From Octopus vulgaris (Eukaryota), in the NCBI GenBank assembly GCA_951406725.2, contig OX597818.1, forward strand, positions 122,202,001 through 122,266,000: a stretch of 64,000 nucleotides of DNA, read 5' to 3'. A program made the position numbers and the translations under genes. Positions 11,819 to 25,018 of the stretch are shown here, piece after piece; the stretch's first letter is position 1, and every line of letters starts with the position of its first letter. The notes below the pieces were generated by a model. It was not told the DNA's origin. It made no database searches and saw nothing but the letters and a program-made list of their open reading frames with translations.

Positions 11819-14611
11819 GTATAATGTGCATATACATATATGTAAATACCTATGTTCATCAGCTGTTTCATTAACATAAGCATCATTAATTTCGTAATTA
11901 AACTATATAATTTAAATTAAATTAATTTTAAAAAGAATTTCACCTATATCATTGGGTAAATCATATATATACATATATATGCATATATACATATACATAT
12001 ATATATACACACACACATATATATATATACACACACACACACACACTTTAATGACTCTTTATTGACTCATCAAATGCAAACATTTCGAATATCGCCAAAA
12101 ACAAATTGTCTAAAAGGCGTTTTTCTCGTTGATATTATCCCCAAATTTCATAATCTATAAGCTAGTTTCTATTAGTCACGGCATCTACACGCTGAAGAGA
12201 GTTTCTTTATTTTTATACATTCCTATCAGTTACAATCAATATTACTCACACAAATGAGTTAGCTTGTACGTCGTCCGAGATCCTGTTAGAAATAAAGGTC
12301 CTTTTTCCCCTAAATGACCAAATACCGTTTTAAGCACAAAATATTACGTAAGATAATGTTCGCCATTTATTTCATTTATTCTGGGAAGGTCTGCGATAAC
12401 AAAGTTCACAATACCCCATTCCACCTTATGACGTCATAAAGTGGAATGGGGTGTTGTGACCTTTGTTATCGCAGACCTTCCCAGGACAAATGAAATTTAT
12501 GCCGCCAACATTACGTCGATTGCAGGAAATACATATTTTTTAGTAGAAAAATTCAGAAAACTACAGTCATTCTGGGATGGTGAGAAGGAATGACTAAAGT
12601 GATTAGTGCAGTCTCTGGGGTTCGTACAGTATGAATGTTGAGGAACGAAAAGAGAGATGAGTGAGTCAGTAGAATTCTTATTTCTTTATTGCCCACAAGG
12701 GGCTAAACATAGAGGGGACAAGCATGAACAGACAAAGGGATTAAGTCGATTACATCGACCCCAGTGCGTAACTGGTACTTAATTTATCGACCCCGAAAGG
12801 ATGAAAGGTAAAGTCGACCAAGGCGGAATTTGAACTCAGAACGTAACGGTAGACGAAATACCGCAAAGCATTTCGCCCGGCGTGCTAACGATTCTGCCAG
12901 CTCACGTTTAATAGGTGATACTATTTCAGTCAGCCACGAAGAATATACCAAAATAGGAAATGTTCACGGCTGGAACGACTTTCATAATTTGTTCGACCAG
13001 AAAGTGACCTGAGCATTAAATGACAATAATAATAGCAATAACGTCATTTGGTTAGACTTAGAGCAGAATCACTGAATCTTTTCGAAATTTATGTGTTTCC
13101 TGTTCGAGTTGATCCACACTAGTTTAAACATCATGAAGCTCACTGGTCTCCATGAACGGCGAAAGTCATGGGCGCTGTCCCTTCTTCAGATTCATCAAGG
13201 AATAAAAATCCACATCTAAATAATTTGGGAAATTCTATATATTTCGAATATTAAGTCGAAAATGTTTTAATGGTATTGTTTCTAAGCTTTATTTCTCTGT
13301 TATAGAAGGACAGTGGATTAAATAGCAGGGAGAAACACTTTATTAATAAAACTTGCTAAAAGCAACCGATGGGATTAATAAAAACATATACAAAAAAAAA
13401 GGAAGTTCTGGTTATGTTTAGCTCTGATGGAAATAATTAAGTCTGTGTAATCTTTATGTGCAGAGTTGATGCGCATAAATGATGTAGCACAGGGTAAATG
13501 CTTGCAAGGCTGGTAATTTGCTGCCATTAGTGCACTTAAAATGATGCATCCACTTTAAAAAAAATAAAATAACACAAATACAAAAGAAAACAAATTTATG
13601 TATGCGTAATCGCTCCTCTCTTTCTCTTTCACTCAATACACATATTTATATAAACGGAAGCACCAAACATATATGCACATGTGTAATATTATACATATCT
13701 AAATCATATATATGCATATATATATGTATACATACATACATAAATATATATATATATATATATATATGCATACATACATGAATACTCATGTGCATACGAA
13801 TGCACATGCGTGTGTTTAAAAATATACTCGTAATTTTATAATTTTAACATATTCACACACATTTACGCACATTTATATCATACACTTGACAGGCTTTAAA
13901 CCTTTGCAAGCATTAAGCAGTTACACGCATAAATACAAACATATAGACAAGTATGCACAAAATCACAAACGCAAATTACATATACACTGAATTTCAAAAT
14001 CTCGCTAACACCAACGTAAATATGGTGTCATTCTTGATGCCAATAATTAAAACTAACTGTTCGAAATTATGTCACAAAATTAATTAAAATTATTTTTAAT
14101 GTTGTAAATATTATTAATTTACAAGTTCCGCTACTTAGAGAATATTAATTAAATCTATTAAAACCATCACGCTTTGATACACCAATTTTCGTACGTTAAT
14201 TATCACCGATTATGTCTTATTTCTGACTTTAAAAGGGCGAAGAGAATATACTGTTTAGCATAATATTTTCAAACAGAGTGGGCCGAATGGTTCAACATTT
14301 TATTTCCATATAATCAGTTTTTTGTTGTGGCTGTTTATAGTTACATAGCCTCGTCGGCATACGGCACAACAATTATTAATCTTTTAACAAACGAAAAATT
14401 CACCTAACACTTAATGGTTTTGCCACACATCTGGAAAGTGCACTTACCATTGACACATTCTAAACAGCTTTTTGGTTAGATCTTTCCTAACTCAACTTTC
14501 CCTGCTGCCTTCCTCTCCAAACTGGAATGGGAAAAAAATCATTAACGAAGGCAGATCGCTGCTGCTTACCGCACAGTATGTCCTGCTGCAAACGCTATGA
14601 CTCCATCGAAA
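8830..14611 (+). repeat. 5.8-kb segment, copy 2
   Basis: Matches 2962-8729 and starts exactly after the gap. Confidence 0.97.
14448..14521 (-). other. Candidate 74-nt exon (noncoding or 5'UTR) ending ATG|GTAAGT
   Basis: Acceptor TTTTTTTCCCATTCCAG, donor GTAAGTG. Stops occur in all three frames before the terminal ATGs. Confidence 0.35.
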
Positions 14612-15070
14612 GTTGAGGACGTAAGAAGCCAAGCCTACTCCCACTAGAACTGACATTCCTTTGTAGTAATTTCCTTGACTCCGACAATTATGTAGCAGGC
14701 GGCCAGATTTGTTTTCAAATCTTGATGAAATGCAATATCCCCTCTTTGTGCTGGGTTTCCCTGTATCAGTTGGCACCAAACACCAAATAACCCAAGCCAA
14801 TGACAGAAGCTCTTCGCTTTTATCCCAAGCGTGCACTCACGAAGATAGAGTTTGATTTTCTACAACATTAAAATTTTTTGCCATGATCTTCAATTAACTT
14901 TCTGCAACAACTTCTATACCTCCTAATCCTTTGCCCTTCTCTTTCAAAAGAAACAAATAATTGCGTGACATCTTAGTCAGAGGCCTCCTTTATTCACGTA
15001 ATGTTCAGCCTAGCAACTGTTAAATGTTATGTGTGTTAGATAATAATGTAATATACATAACGACATAACG

Positions 15071-15076
15071 TATCTG

Positions 15077-15154
<78 letters not shown>

Positions 15155-15171
15155 AATCTATCAATCTATCA

Positions 15172-15261
<90 letters not shown>
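15071..15261. repeat. (TATC)n microsatellite
   Basis: Direct reading; the array resumes at 15931-16040 after the LINE insertion. Confidence 0.95.
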
Positions 15262-15263
<2 letters not shown>

Positions 15264-15930
15264 GTCTGCCGAGTCTATCGTTAATATCGTCACGCCTCCT
15301 TCCTTCAAACGGGAAGGAAGAGCTATTTTTATCATACTTGTGGCTATGGCGAAAGAATGTATCTGGTGGACGCGCCTGAAAGGATTAGAGACAAACACTT
15401 TCCTCTCTGGTCAATCTCTCATCAACTTCTTCAAGTATCACTTGAAGAGGAAAGTGAGAGTAGAGAGGCAAGTTTTGTCTAGTGAATGTTTTTAAAAAAA
15501 GATGGGTGAATGTAGCAAGGATGGCACGTATGAATGACGAAGCCACCTTGACTATGATTCTATGAACCATAAAAATTAATACAGAGAGTTGCTTATTTGC
15601 AAAAAAAAAAAGAAAAAGAAATATAACATGTGACCTCATTGACCGAGGTTACCGTGGTCTTTTCCGTAGGCTTTTCTTTCCACGGGTAAACCTCACCTGT
15701 CCTCCCCTTTACACTACATATTGACATTTCTGTGATAACGATCCCTATTATTCATTTTTTTCTCCCCCCCCCCTTTTTTAACCCCTCCCCTTTTTTTTTG
15801 TCCTTTTTCTTTCCTTTAACGATCCCTTTTGATCGAAAACAACCACTCTCCTTTTTTTACCCCCAAAAGAAAAGCTCTACCTTGTAATTTGTTCTATCTG
15901 TGTGCAGCCCTGTGTGGCTAATAAAGAAAC
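15262..15930 (+). mobile_element. 5'-truncated Tx1/L1-clade non-LTR retrotransposon (ORF2 C-terminus + 3'UTR)
   Basis: Translation [41 protein letters not shown]...[25 protein letters not shown] resembles Tx1 ORF2 C-termini (AKxxIWxxR; F..RW). Ends AATAAAGAAA. Confidence 0.75.
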
Positions 15931-15960
15931 ATATCTGTCTGTCTGTCTATCTACCTATCA

Positions 15961-16024
<64 letters not shown>

Positions 16025-17114
16025 GTCTGTCTGTCTGTCTAACTATCTTCAACAATGTTCTCATAAATAACTTTAAAGCTAAATTTCATATCAATGAAAA
16101 CTTTCTTGCATCTACACTGTTTAAATGTAAACAATGAATCCCGTCAAGCATAACTGTCGGCTATAAGAGATAATGGCAAAGGAGAAGGTATTTGGATATA
16201 GTTCCATCGTAATAAAAGAAAACGATTGTATTAAAGACACACGAAGAAAAAGAACTCTTAGTAACATCAGGAATTACAATCTCAAACCTGCAATATTTCA
16301 ATGGAAAACTTCATGCAAAGAACGAATGTCCATCATTTTAAGCTAAGGCTCGAAACAAATGTCAACGAAATGGAAAAAGAATACGATTTCCAAGTATATT
16401 TAGGAGATGTCAGAGTAATTCATTTCCGATTCTGGTTAGAATACACAGAGCGCAGAAGAAATAGTGGATGAAGTTGGTGACAGCAAAAATATTAAGTATA
16501 ATGAAGATGAACCGGTATCCAAAATGTGCAAACTCTGCTACATGTGAATCGCTTGATAACAATATTTTGTACGTTGGTAAATTTACTTCACAAGAGAAAC
16601 TGCTGTTCAACAAACATCTCAATGATTTCAGAGAGCATATTATCTGAAATTAGTAGCAAAAAGGTAAAAAAAAAAACTGAAACCTGTTTTACTCTTCAAA
16701 CTAATTTATTCCAAAATTAACGCTACTGTTAATCCAGTTCTTAATTTTGATGACCCAGCGCCAGTCGATCAAATCCGTCCTCAATTAGGATTTTTAGGAG
16801 TAGCTCAACTAATTTACTGTGGCAAGTTATCTCCTCTATCACATGTAACTTAGGTAAGTGGCACTAACAATTTACAATATTCTGGTTTTAGTTTTTACAT
16901 ACCACGGTGTCAAATAATTTTATAAAATATATATCAATATATTTTATGTGGTGATATACCTGCAATATTATATGCAATTTTGTTACTGTTTATCACATTC
17001 AGTATAGATACATATTTTCAATTTGTATATACAGAAAATATTACCCATACAATCAGTTAACTCACTCAATTGATTCAAAGTATACTTCAGCTAGCGTTAC
17101 CTCCGTATCCTTAA

Positions 17115-17229
<115 letters not shown>

Positions 17230-17649
17230 TATACACATACACACGCACATACGTATACATATATATGCATATGTCATTCTGAAAATTGGTATTCATTATA
17301 CTTTCTCCTTGCCGCTTTGACCTTTGTTTCCTCTCTCCAATAACATTTGCTACTTCTCTTGCGACCACTGTAACCTGTCCTTCCTCGTCTCCTTTAATCC
17401 ATATTTTATCACCTTTAAACACCGTATGATGCCGGTGTTCTATCTGAAACGTGAACCTTCTTTCTTTCCCATTTTATAACGTTTTCCACTGTTTCAACTG
17501 TTCGAAATACATTTTGACTGTGGAAAAACTAACTAGTTTTCTCAGATTTTACCGTTTTGCAATCCGATGAATATAATACTAACCTATTAATTTAAAGTCA
17601 TTATCCTTTACCGAGAGACAACTGCAATTTCTGACTGTGCTATACTTTC

Positions 17650-17860
17650 TATCGGTTTCGTAATAATACTATAATTGCCTTTCGACTTGGTTCTGTGTTT
17701 TTAACAAAATATTTATGAACGTCTGACATTCAGTACAGAGAATGCGTGGCATTTATGGTATGCCGGAAGAATTAATAAAGGTTTCTCGGAATTCCTCGTC
17801 TGATTCTTCGCTTCGTACTCTCATTAATATGGATTAGTTCTCAAAATAATTTTTCCTGTA
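17650..17860 (+). mobile_element. Possible very old LINE RT fragment
   Basis: Translation GIYGMPEELIKV resembles the RTE YGIPxKLI motif; weak. Confidence 0.3.
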
Positions 17861-18657
17861 AGATTACGTATGTTTTACATAGAATTTAATAAAATATGCA
17901 ACATATACAGTTCAGTGAATTATATATTTAATGCCACAACCAGAGCAGTTCTCATTATCAAATACCTGATTCTATACAGTAGCGAAATGCATCTACTGCA
18001 GCTGCCTAATGCTTCGGTATAAGCTTCATTGCATATTCCATTATAAGCTCCAAGTAAATACCTTAAGTAATTTGAATAGATTTTAACGTCAAATAACGAG
18101 TTCAATAAAACTATACTTTTACGTTAAATGTTTATTGCGAATTTTCTACACTTTTTCACTGAAATATTTTGAGGGACAAACATAAATGATTTAGAGACAT
18201 TTGACTAAAACCTTTTTATTCTTGATCTATCCCCCAGTTTACAATAACCTTCAGTCCAAAAACACATTTGCAGCAACCCAAATTGAACATCACCCAATGT
18301 AACTTTGCAAAATTATTCCTGCCCTTCCACCTACGAGAGTCCAGAAAACATGTGTACACTGATTTTTTTATCTGACTCGACGTGGGTGTCTCCTTCAAAC
18401 AATAACCATTCAATTGTAAAATGAAAATGGTAATTAGAAAAGTTATCAAAGTAATTTGCCTAGACTAAGTGTTAACCGAAAATAAATTTTTTTCAACATG
18501 AACTCATTACCTTTGGTTCAGCACTCCATTAATTGTTTGTAATAACATTTTAATTACTTCAAAAACTTTTATTGATCATAATTTATTCTATGCCTGGTAA
18601 TTTGCATAATTATGATTAACGCACACACACACATATATATGCGTGTGTGTAAATATG

Positions 18658-18688
<31 letters not shown>

Positions 18689-18689
18689 C

Positions 18690-18944
<255 letters not shown>

Positions 18945-19101
18945 CATACATATATACACGTATATGTATGTGGGTGTTAGCATGCCTATGCGTGTGTGCA
19001 TCTGTGTATGTGCGTGTGTGTGCATACACTTAATCGCTATCGCGCAGTCATATGGACTTGTTTAATGATAAGTTAAAGTTATTTTTTAATAATAAGTAAG
19101 A

Positions 19102-19151
<50 letters not shown>

Positions 19152-19159
19152 TAGATACG

Positions 19160-19211
<52 letters not shown>

Positions 19212-19448
19212 CAGATAGATAGATAGATAGATAGATAGATGTTACTGTGTGATTCTACATGCGAATATACATGTATATCTGTATACACAGACACATGTAT
19301 ATACCCAGTGTTTTAGATTTTATACTATTAAAGTGTTTCATATATTAGCTCCCGCTATGGGTTTTTCTACTTTCTTAAATAAATAGCAGTTTTATATATT
19401 ATGTGATCGACCAATACATAAACACTTGTGTAATGACTATAGTATGTA

Positions 19449-19496
<48 letters not shown>

Positions 19497-19955
19497 TGAA
19501 AAATCAGACTGAGTGTTCCACGTTTATATAGGATTATGTTGATAATACGCTATGCTGTTGTACCTATGGCTAACGTCTTTATTCAGTTCGCTGATAAATC
19601 AGTGCATTCAGTGTGTTACATTCTCTCCAGTATTATCAGAAAAGGAAAAGAAAACAGAAGAAAGAAACACAGACGAACAACTATAAATCTGTGTTATTAA
19701 TAATGTTCAACTACATCTTCATTGTATATATCATAGGAAAAAGCGGTTTTCTTGTGGTCGATGTTAATTAACTTCCGTTCATTTAGAAAACTGACTTTTC
19801 TAATGAACGGAAATGAAAGTATGAATTAATGTGAATAAATGTATGAGTTAATATATAAATAAATAAACAAGGTAAATGTAAAATTAAATACATGTAGGCA
19901 TGTTTAATATTTTCAGCTAGCAGAAGAAAATAAGGATATGATGATATTTTCTCAC

Positions 19956-19994
19956 CGACCAAATGCACCAGAGATGACGTTGGAAGAAGCTTAC
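19956..19994 (-). other. Recursive-splice-like site (AG|GTAAG) with 39-nt candidate exon
   Basis: Minus strand: TTCATTTCATCTCTTTTCAG|GTAAGCTT...TTGGTCG|GTGAGA. Confidence 0.5.
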
Positions 19995-20056
19995 CTGAAA
20001 AGAGATGAAATGAATAATAATATTAATGACAATAGGGACATAAGTAACAAAAAATA

Positions 20057-20091
<35 letters not shown>

Positions 20092-20095
20092 TAAC

Positions 20096-20166
<71 letters not shown>

Positions 20167-20185
20167 TAATAATAATAACAACAAC

Positions 20186-20316
20186 AAGGAAATACGGAAG
20201 TTGTGATCAATGAGGAGAGTAGACGTGATACCAATAGTAATTGGCGCTCTTGGAGTTTTCGGCACTAAACTACCTACATTACTCCAAACAATTGGTACAA
20301 ATGTGAAGACAGAACG
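20186..20316 (+). mobile_element. Dong/R4-clade LINE fragment (restriction-like endonuclease C-terminus)
   Basis: Translation KEIRKL*SMRRVDVIPIVIGALG; directly follows an (AAT)n/(AAC)n tract. Confidence 0.75.
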
Positions 20317-20506
20317 TTGAGCAAGGGTCTTCTACTATAGTCTCAGGCTGACTAATGCCTTGTGAGTGGATTTGGTAGACGGAAACTGAAGTAAGCTCGC
20401 CGAATATATATATATATATATATATTTCCTGAGCGCCATACTAATACAATTGTTTGTTTGTCTTCCACCTGCCTTCGTCTTTTGTCTATTTTCATAAAGC
20501 TTCCCG

Positions 20507-20539
<33 letters not shown>

Positions 20540-20567
20540 TACATATAGAACAAACACAGACACACAT

Positions 20568-20619
<52 letters not shown>

Positions 20620-20828
20620 GTGTGTGTGTGTCTGTGTTTGTTCCCCACCTCCAACATGGCTTGACAACCGATGCTGGTGTGTTTACGTCCCCGTAACTTA
20701 GCGGTTCGGGAGAAAAGACCGATAGAATAAGTACTAGGCTTAAGTCCTGGGTCGCGTTGCTCAACTAAAGGCGGTGCTCCAGCATGGCCGCAGTCAAATG
20801 ACTGAAACAAGTAAAAGAGTAAAAGAGA
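20317..20828 (+). mobile_element. SINE-A, 5'-truncated, with internal microsatellite and a nested insert at ~20425-20508
   Basis: CTTCTACTATAG...GGAAACTGAA-(TA/TG)n-...CCAGCATGGCCGCAGTCAAATGACTGAAACAAGTAAAAGAG. Confidence 0.88.
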
Positions 20829-20844
20829 ATATATATATATGATT

Positions 20845-21020
20845 TTGATTTTGATTTTTCCAGTTTCAGCTAATGAGCTGTGGCCATGCTGGGGCACCGC
20901 CATTTTATATATTTGATGGGCTTCTTTCTGTTTCCGTCTAACAGATCAACTCACAAAGCTTTAGTTGATCTGAGGCTACGGTACAAGGCACTTGCCCATG
21001 GGTTTAATCCATGACAGCCA
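20845..21020 (-). mobile_element. SINE-A-related deleted copy
   Basis: Tail GGCGGTGCCCCAGCATGGCCACAG plus body on the minus strand. Confidence 0.65.
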
Positions 21021-21708
21021 CGACATCGTCGGCATCGACTTCGTCATCACCATTGACTCATCATCATCTCATCATGATTTTCATGATCGTCGTTATTGTC
21101 TTCAGTATCATCATCAATCGTCGTCGTCGCCATTGTCATCATCACCGTCATCGTCTTCCTCCACTTCCTCAACGTCGTCATCATCGTCATTATCATCATC
21201 ATCAACAACAACATCCTACTCCTCCCCCTCCTCATTATCATCATCATCGTTTTGTCGTCGACATCCCCTTCCTCTGACTCTTCATCACAATCATGATCAT
21301 CATTATCATCTTCAAGAGAGGAAACAGAATCTAGGGAATACAATACGACATTAAGCAATCTATGCTACTTTCGCAACATGTCACAAATGATATATCTGTA
21401 TCTCTGGAATAAATGGAACTTACAAGAATGTATTGGGTTAAGTATGTATTTCCTAATAATTGAAATTCAGTTTCATTTAATTAGGCTGCCCTGCACAAAG
21501 ATACAATAACAAAATGGCGGCATTGATGCCAATCGATCGATAGGCTATTCACTGAACCGATTCAACTTTTATACTTATATTCAATGACATTAAGACTGCA
21601 TTGTGTTAAACATACCTATAGATATATGCCCTCATATACATTCGTAAACATTCACATATGTGTGGGCCTCTATGCCTGAGTGTGTATATATGTGTGTCTG
21701 CGTATATG

Positions 21709-21752
<44 letters not shown>

Positions 21753-21937
21753 TGTATATATATATGTGTGTGTACGTATGAATATATACATACATATATA
21801 TACAGAGATATATTTACGCATATCTCAGTATGTTTTATTATATACCTACATATATACGTATACATAGATATACACACATACACACACAAATACATACATA
21901 TCTATATATACGTGGATATAAATATGTGTATGTATAC

Positions 21938-22010
<73 letters not shown>

Positions 22011-22467
22011 TATACTTATACACGCACACACACTATTTTTCTGTCTAGATGATTTTACAATCTCAGTCGAGCTCTACTGTGTATCTATGTTACTATCAAT
22101 CTCTTCGTCGTCGTTTCTTTCTCTCTCTCCCCGTCTATCTATTATTCTTTCTGCCTCTCTATGCATACTTATATCTAATCATATACAGATACACATGCTC
22201 ACAAACGCACACATATATCTACCTACCTGTCTCTATGCATACGCACATACATACATATAATTCATGCATGCATACATACATACATACATATACATACATT
22301 CATACATACATTCCTGCATGCATACATACAAAAATACCTTGTTGTTGATATTGAAATTCTAACGAAGGAACCTTCGATCTAGGTTACAAACCGGTTCTTT
22401 CTCCATTGGCAAGAAATCTTGAAATAAACTGAATAATGACATAGATACATATACTCCATATATATAT

Positions 22468-22633
22468 ACGACGAGCTTCTTTCAGTTTCCATCTACCAAA
22501 TCCACTCACAAAGCTTTGGTCGGCCCGAGGCTTTAGCAGAAGACAACTCGCCAAGGTGCTTGGCAGTGGGACTTAACCCGTAACCATGTGGTTGGTAAGC
22601 TAGTCACTTACAACACAGCCACTCCTCCGCCTA
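22468..22633 (-). mobile_element. SINE-A 5' half
   Basis: Head GGCGGAGGAGTGGCTGTGTTGTAAG through GAAAGAAGCTCGTCG. Confidence 0.85.
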
Positions 22634-22657
22634 TATGCATATATATACATACATAAA

Positions 22658-22709
<52 letters not shown>

Positions 22710-23332
22710 TATACATATACATACATACGTACATACATACATACGTACATACATACATACCTTACTGTCTCTCCCTCTCTCTCTGTCTAATTCTTTCTTT
22801 TCTCTACAACCATTCCCTTTTTTTCTCTCCCTTTCTCTTACTCCTCCTCCTCCCTCCCGTCGCGGTCACGTGATGAGATGGCTACCACTGTCTTTCTTCT
22901 CCTGGCTTCCTTCAAGTAGAGACGGTAAAATCTGTTGCTCCCTGCCGTTCTCAAAATAGCGTTCGTAAATTTTTTTTTATGTCGTTTGGCTTAACAGCCC
23001 TTCTTGTTTGTGTTACTGTTATTCTCCGTGTCCTGTCTTTTGCTGTTTATATTTTGTACTGTCGTTACTGGCCTGTTTTTGTTACAATTTTTACCCTTCC
23101 GCCAAAAAATCTCAAATTTTATTTAATTTGATTTTCGCGGGAAGGAAAGTTTTATTGAAGTCATGTATCGCCTTGACCTTCGAAATGTGGAGTAGATGAA
23201 ACTAAGGCGACTGAAGAAGGGGAATTTTCCTTAGTTTGTATGTCCTGTACCCATTTATGCATGTATATATACATGTAGAGGTAGGTACGTACATATATGT
23301 ATGTATATATGCATATGTTTTACTTATTAATT

Positions 23333-23385
<53 letters not shown>

Positions 23386-23910
23386 AATACTTAGACATGT
23401 AGATCTGCTTGTACCTCCTTGCTCCTCTTGATTGATGAAAAATCTATCTAACAAACGTATACCTATCGAAATATTACCGAGTGAAGCCATCTGCAAAACA
23501 GAGTAGTTAGATTAGGAGATATAAATGTAAATTATAAAATCTCTTCTACATGATTTCAAATACATCATTCCTCTTTGTTTAGCTTCTGTTTCTTTTCTAG
23601 TATGTCTTATTCGCACACTCGCTGTATTTTTAACTTATGTATTTCTTGATTTATATATATAGATACATATATACATACATACATGCATAGATTCATGCAT
23701 ACATACATGCATAGATTCATGCATACATACATGCATACATACAATCATACTTACATACATACACACAATTTCCTATTATACATTTGCACACAATAAATGG
23801 CAGCTGTATTGTATATAGAACTAGAGCTATATAAGAATCTTTACAATATAACATGTGTATTCTTAATTGAAATTCAATAAATATGTATGTATGTCCCTGC
23901 AGAGATATAT

Positions 23911-23963
<53 letters not shown>

Positions 23964-24868
23964 CATATATATATATACATATATATATATATACATATAT
24001 ATATATACATATATGTCTATGTGTGTGTGTAAGCATAAATGGAAGTAACATTTTATCATATTTTATCCTATTTTGAACGAATGAGTAGGTGTGTATATAT
24101 ATATATATATATGCATACACACAAATGTGAGTGGAGGTTTTTGTATCTTGCTATGTGTTTGTATATACATAGATGCATATACATACGTGTGTATGCTCGT
24201 GAGCCTCCGCGCGCACGCGTAGGTGAGTGTATATGTTAGTGCATTCAGGATATGATTGTAATAGATGTAAACAAGGCCATGTTTGCAATGTATGAAAATA
24301 TATCCTCAAGAGTATATGTTTGCATGTATGTGCAATGTACGCATGTATATATGACGTATGCAAACACACACACACACACACACACAAACACGTACACATA
24401 TTCACACACTTACACACATACACACTTATTTATGTATTTGTACATATTTATATGTATGTATATAAACTTGATATGAACAAAATGTATGTGGAAATAATGC
24501 CTAGGATATTGACAGGGAGCGAAAAGAAATATTGAAAGAAGACTGAAGAAATATGAGAGATGAAACTAAAAACATACATAGAGAATACGGGATCTTTGAA
24601 AGGTAGATGGATGTAAAGAAGTTGATTGGGTTGGAGAATAATAGAATGAAAGAATGGAGGAATGGGAATATGGGAGAATGGGATCATGAGGGAAATGTGG
24701 AATGGAAAGATGCGCGAATAAGGGCGGGTCGGGGAAAATAGGGGATAGAGAGCATAAAAGAGTGGATAGGATGAAAAGAAAGGGTAAATTTGAACTGAAT
24801 AATATAGAAAATATAATCAGAACATGACAATATATAAAGGTGTATGTAAGCATAAATATATATGAATT

Positions 24869-24950
<82 letters not shown>

Positions 24951-24977
24951 TATGTGTGTGTGTGTGTGTGTTTATAT

Positions 24978-25016
<39 letters not shown>

Positions 25017-25018
<2 letters not shown>

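Noticed and set aside
14761-14804. Minus-strand hairpin CTGTCATTGGC...GCCAACTGATACAG as a pre-miRNA
   Set aside because: Inner stem relies almost entirely on G-U pairs and is short; no known mature sequence recognised.
14492-14836. 114-aa minus ORF as a CDS
   Set aside because: GTG start and no recognisable domain; only the splice signals were kept.
22355-22400. CTAACGA...AACCT/AGGTT...CAAAC as an HHR
   Set aside because: Both catalytic core segments deviate; at best a dead remnant.
23205-23235. CTGAAGAAGGGGAATTTTCCTT as an HHR
   Set aside because: No GAAA follows the stem. The region 22760-23340 is probably an unclassified repeat.
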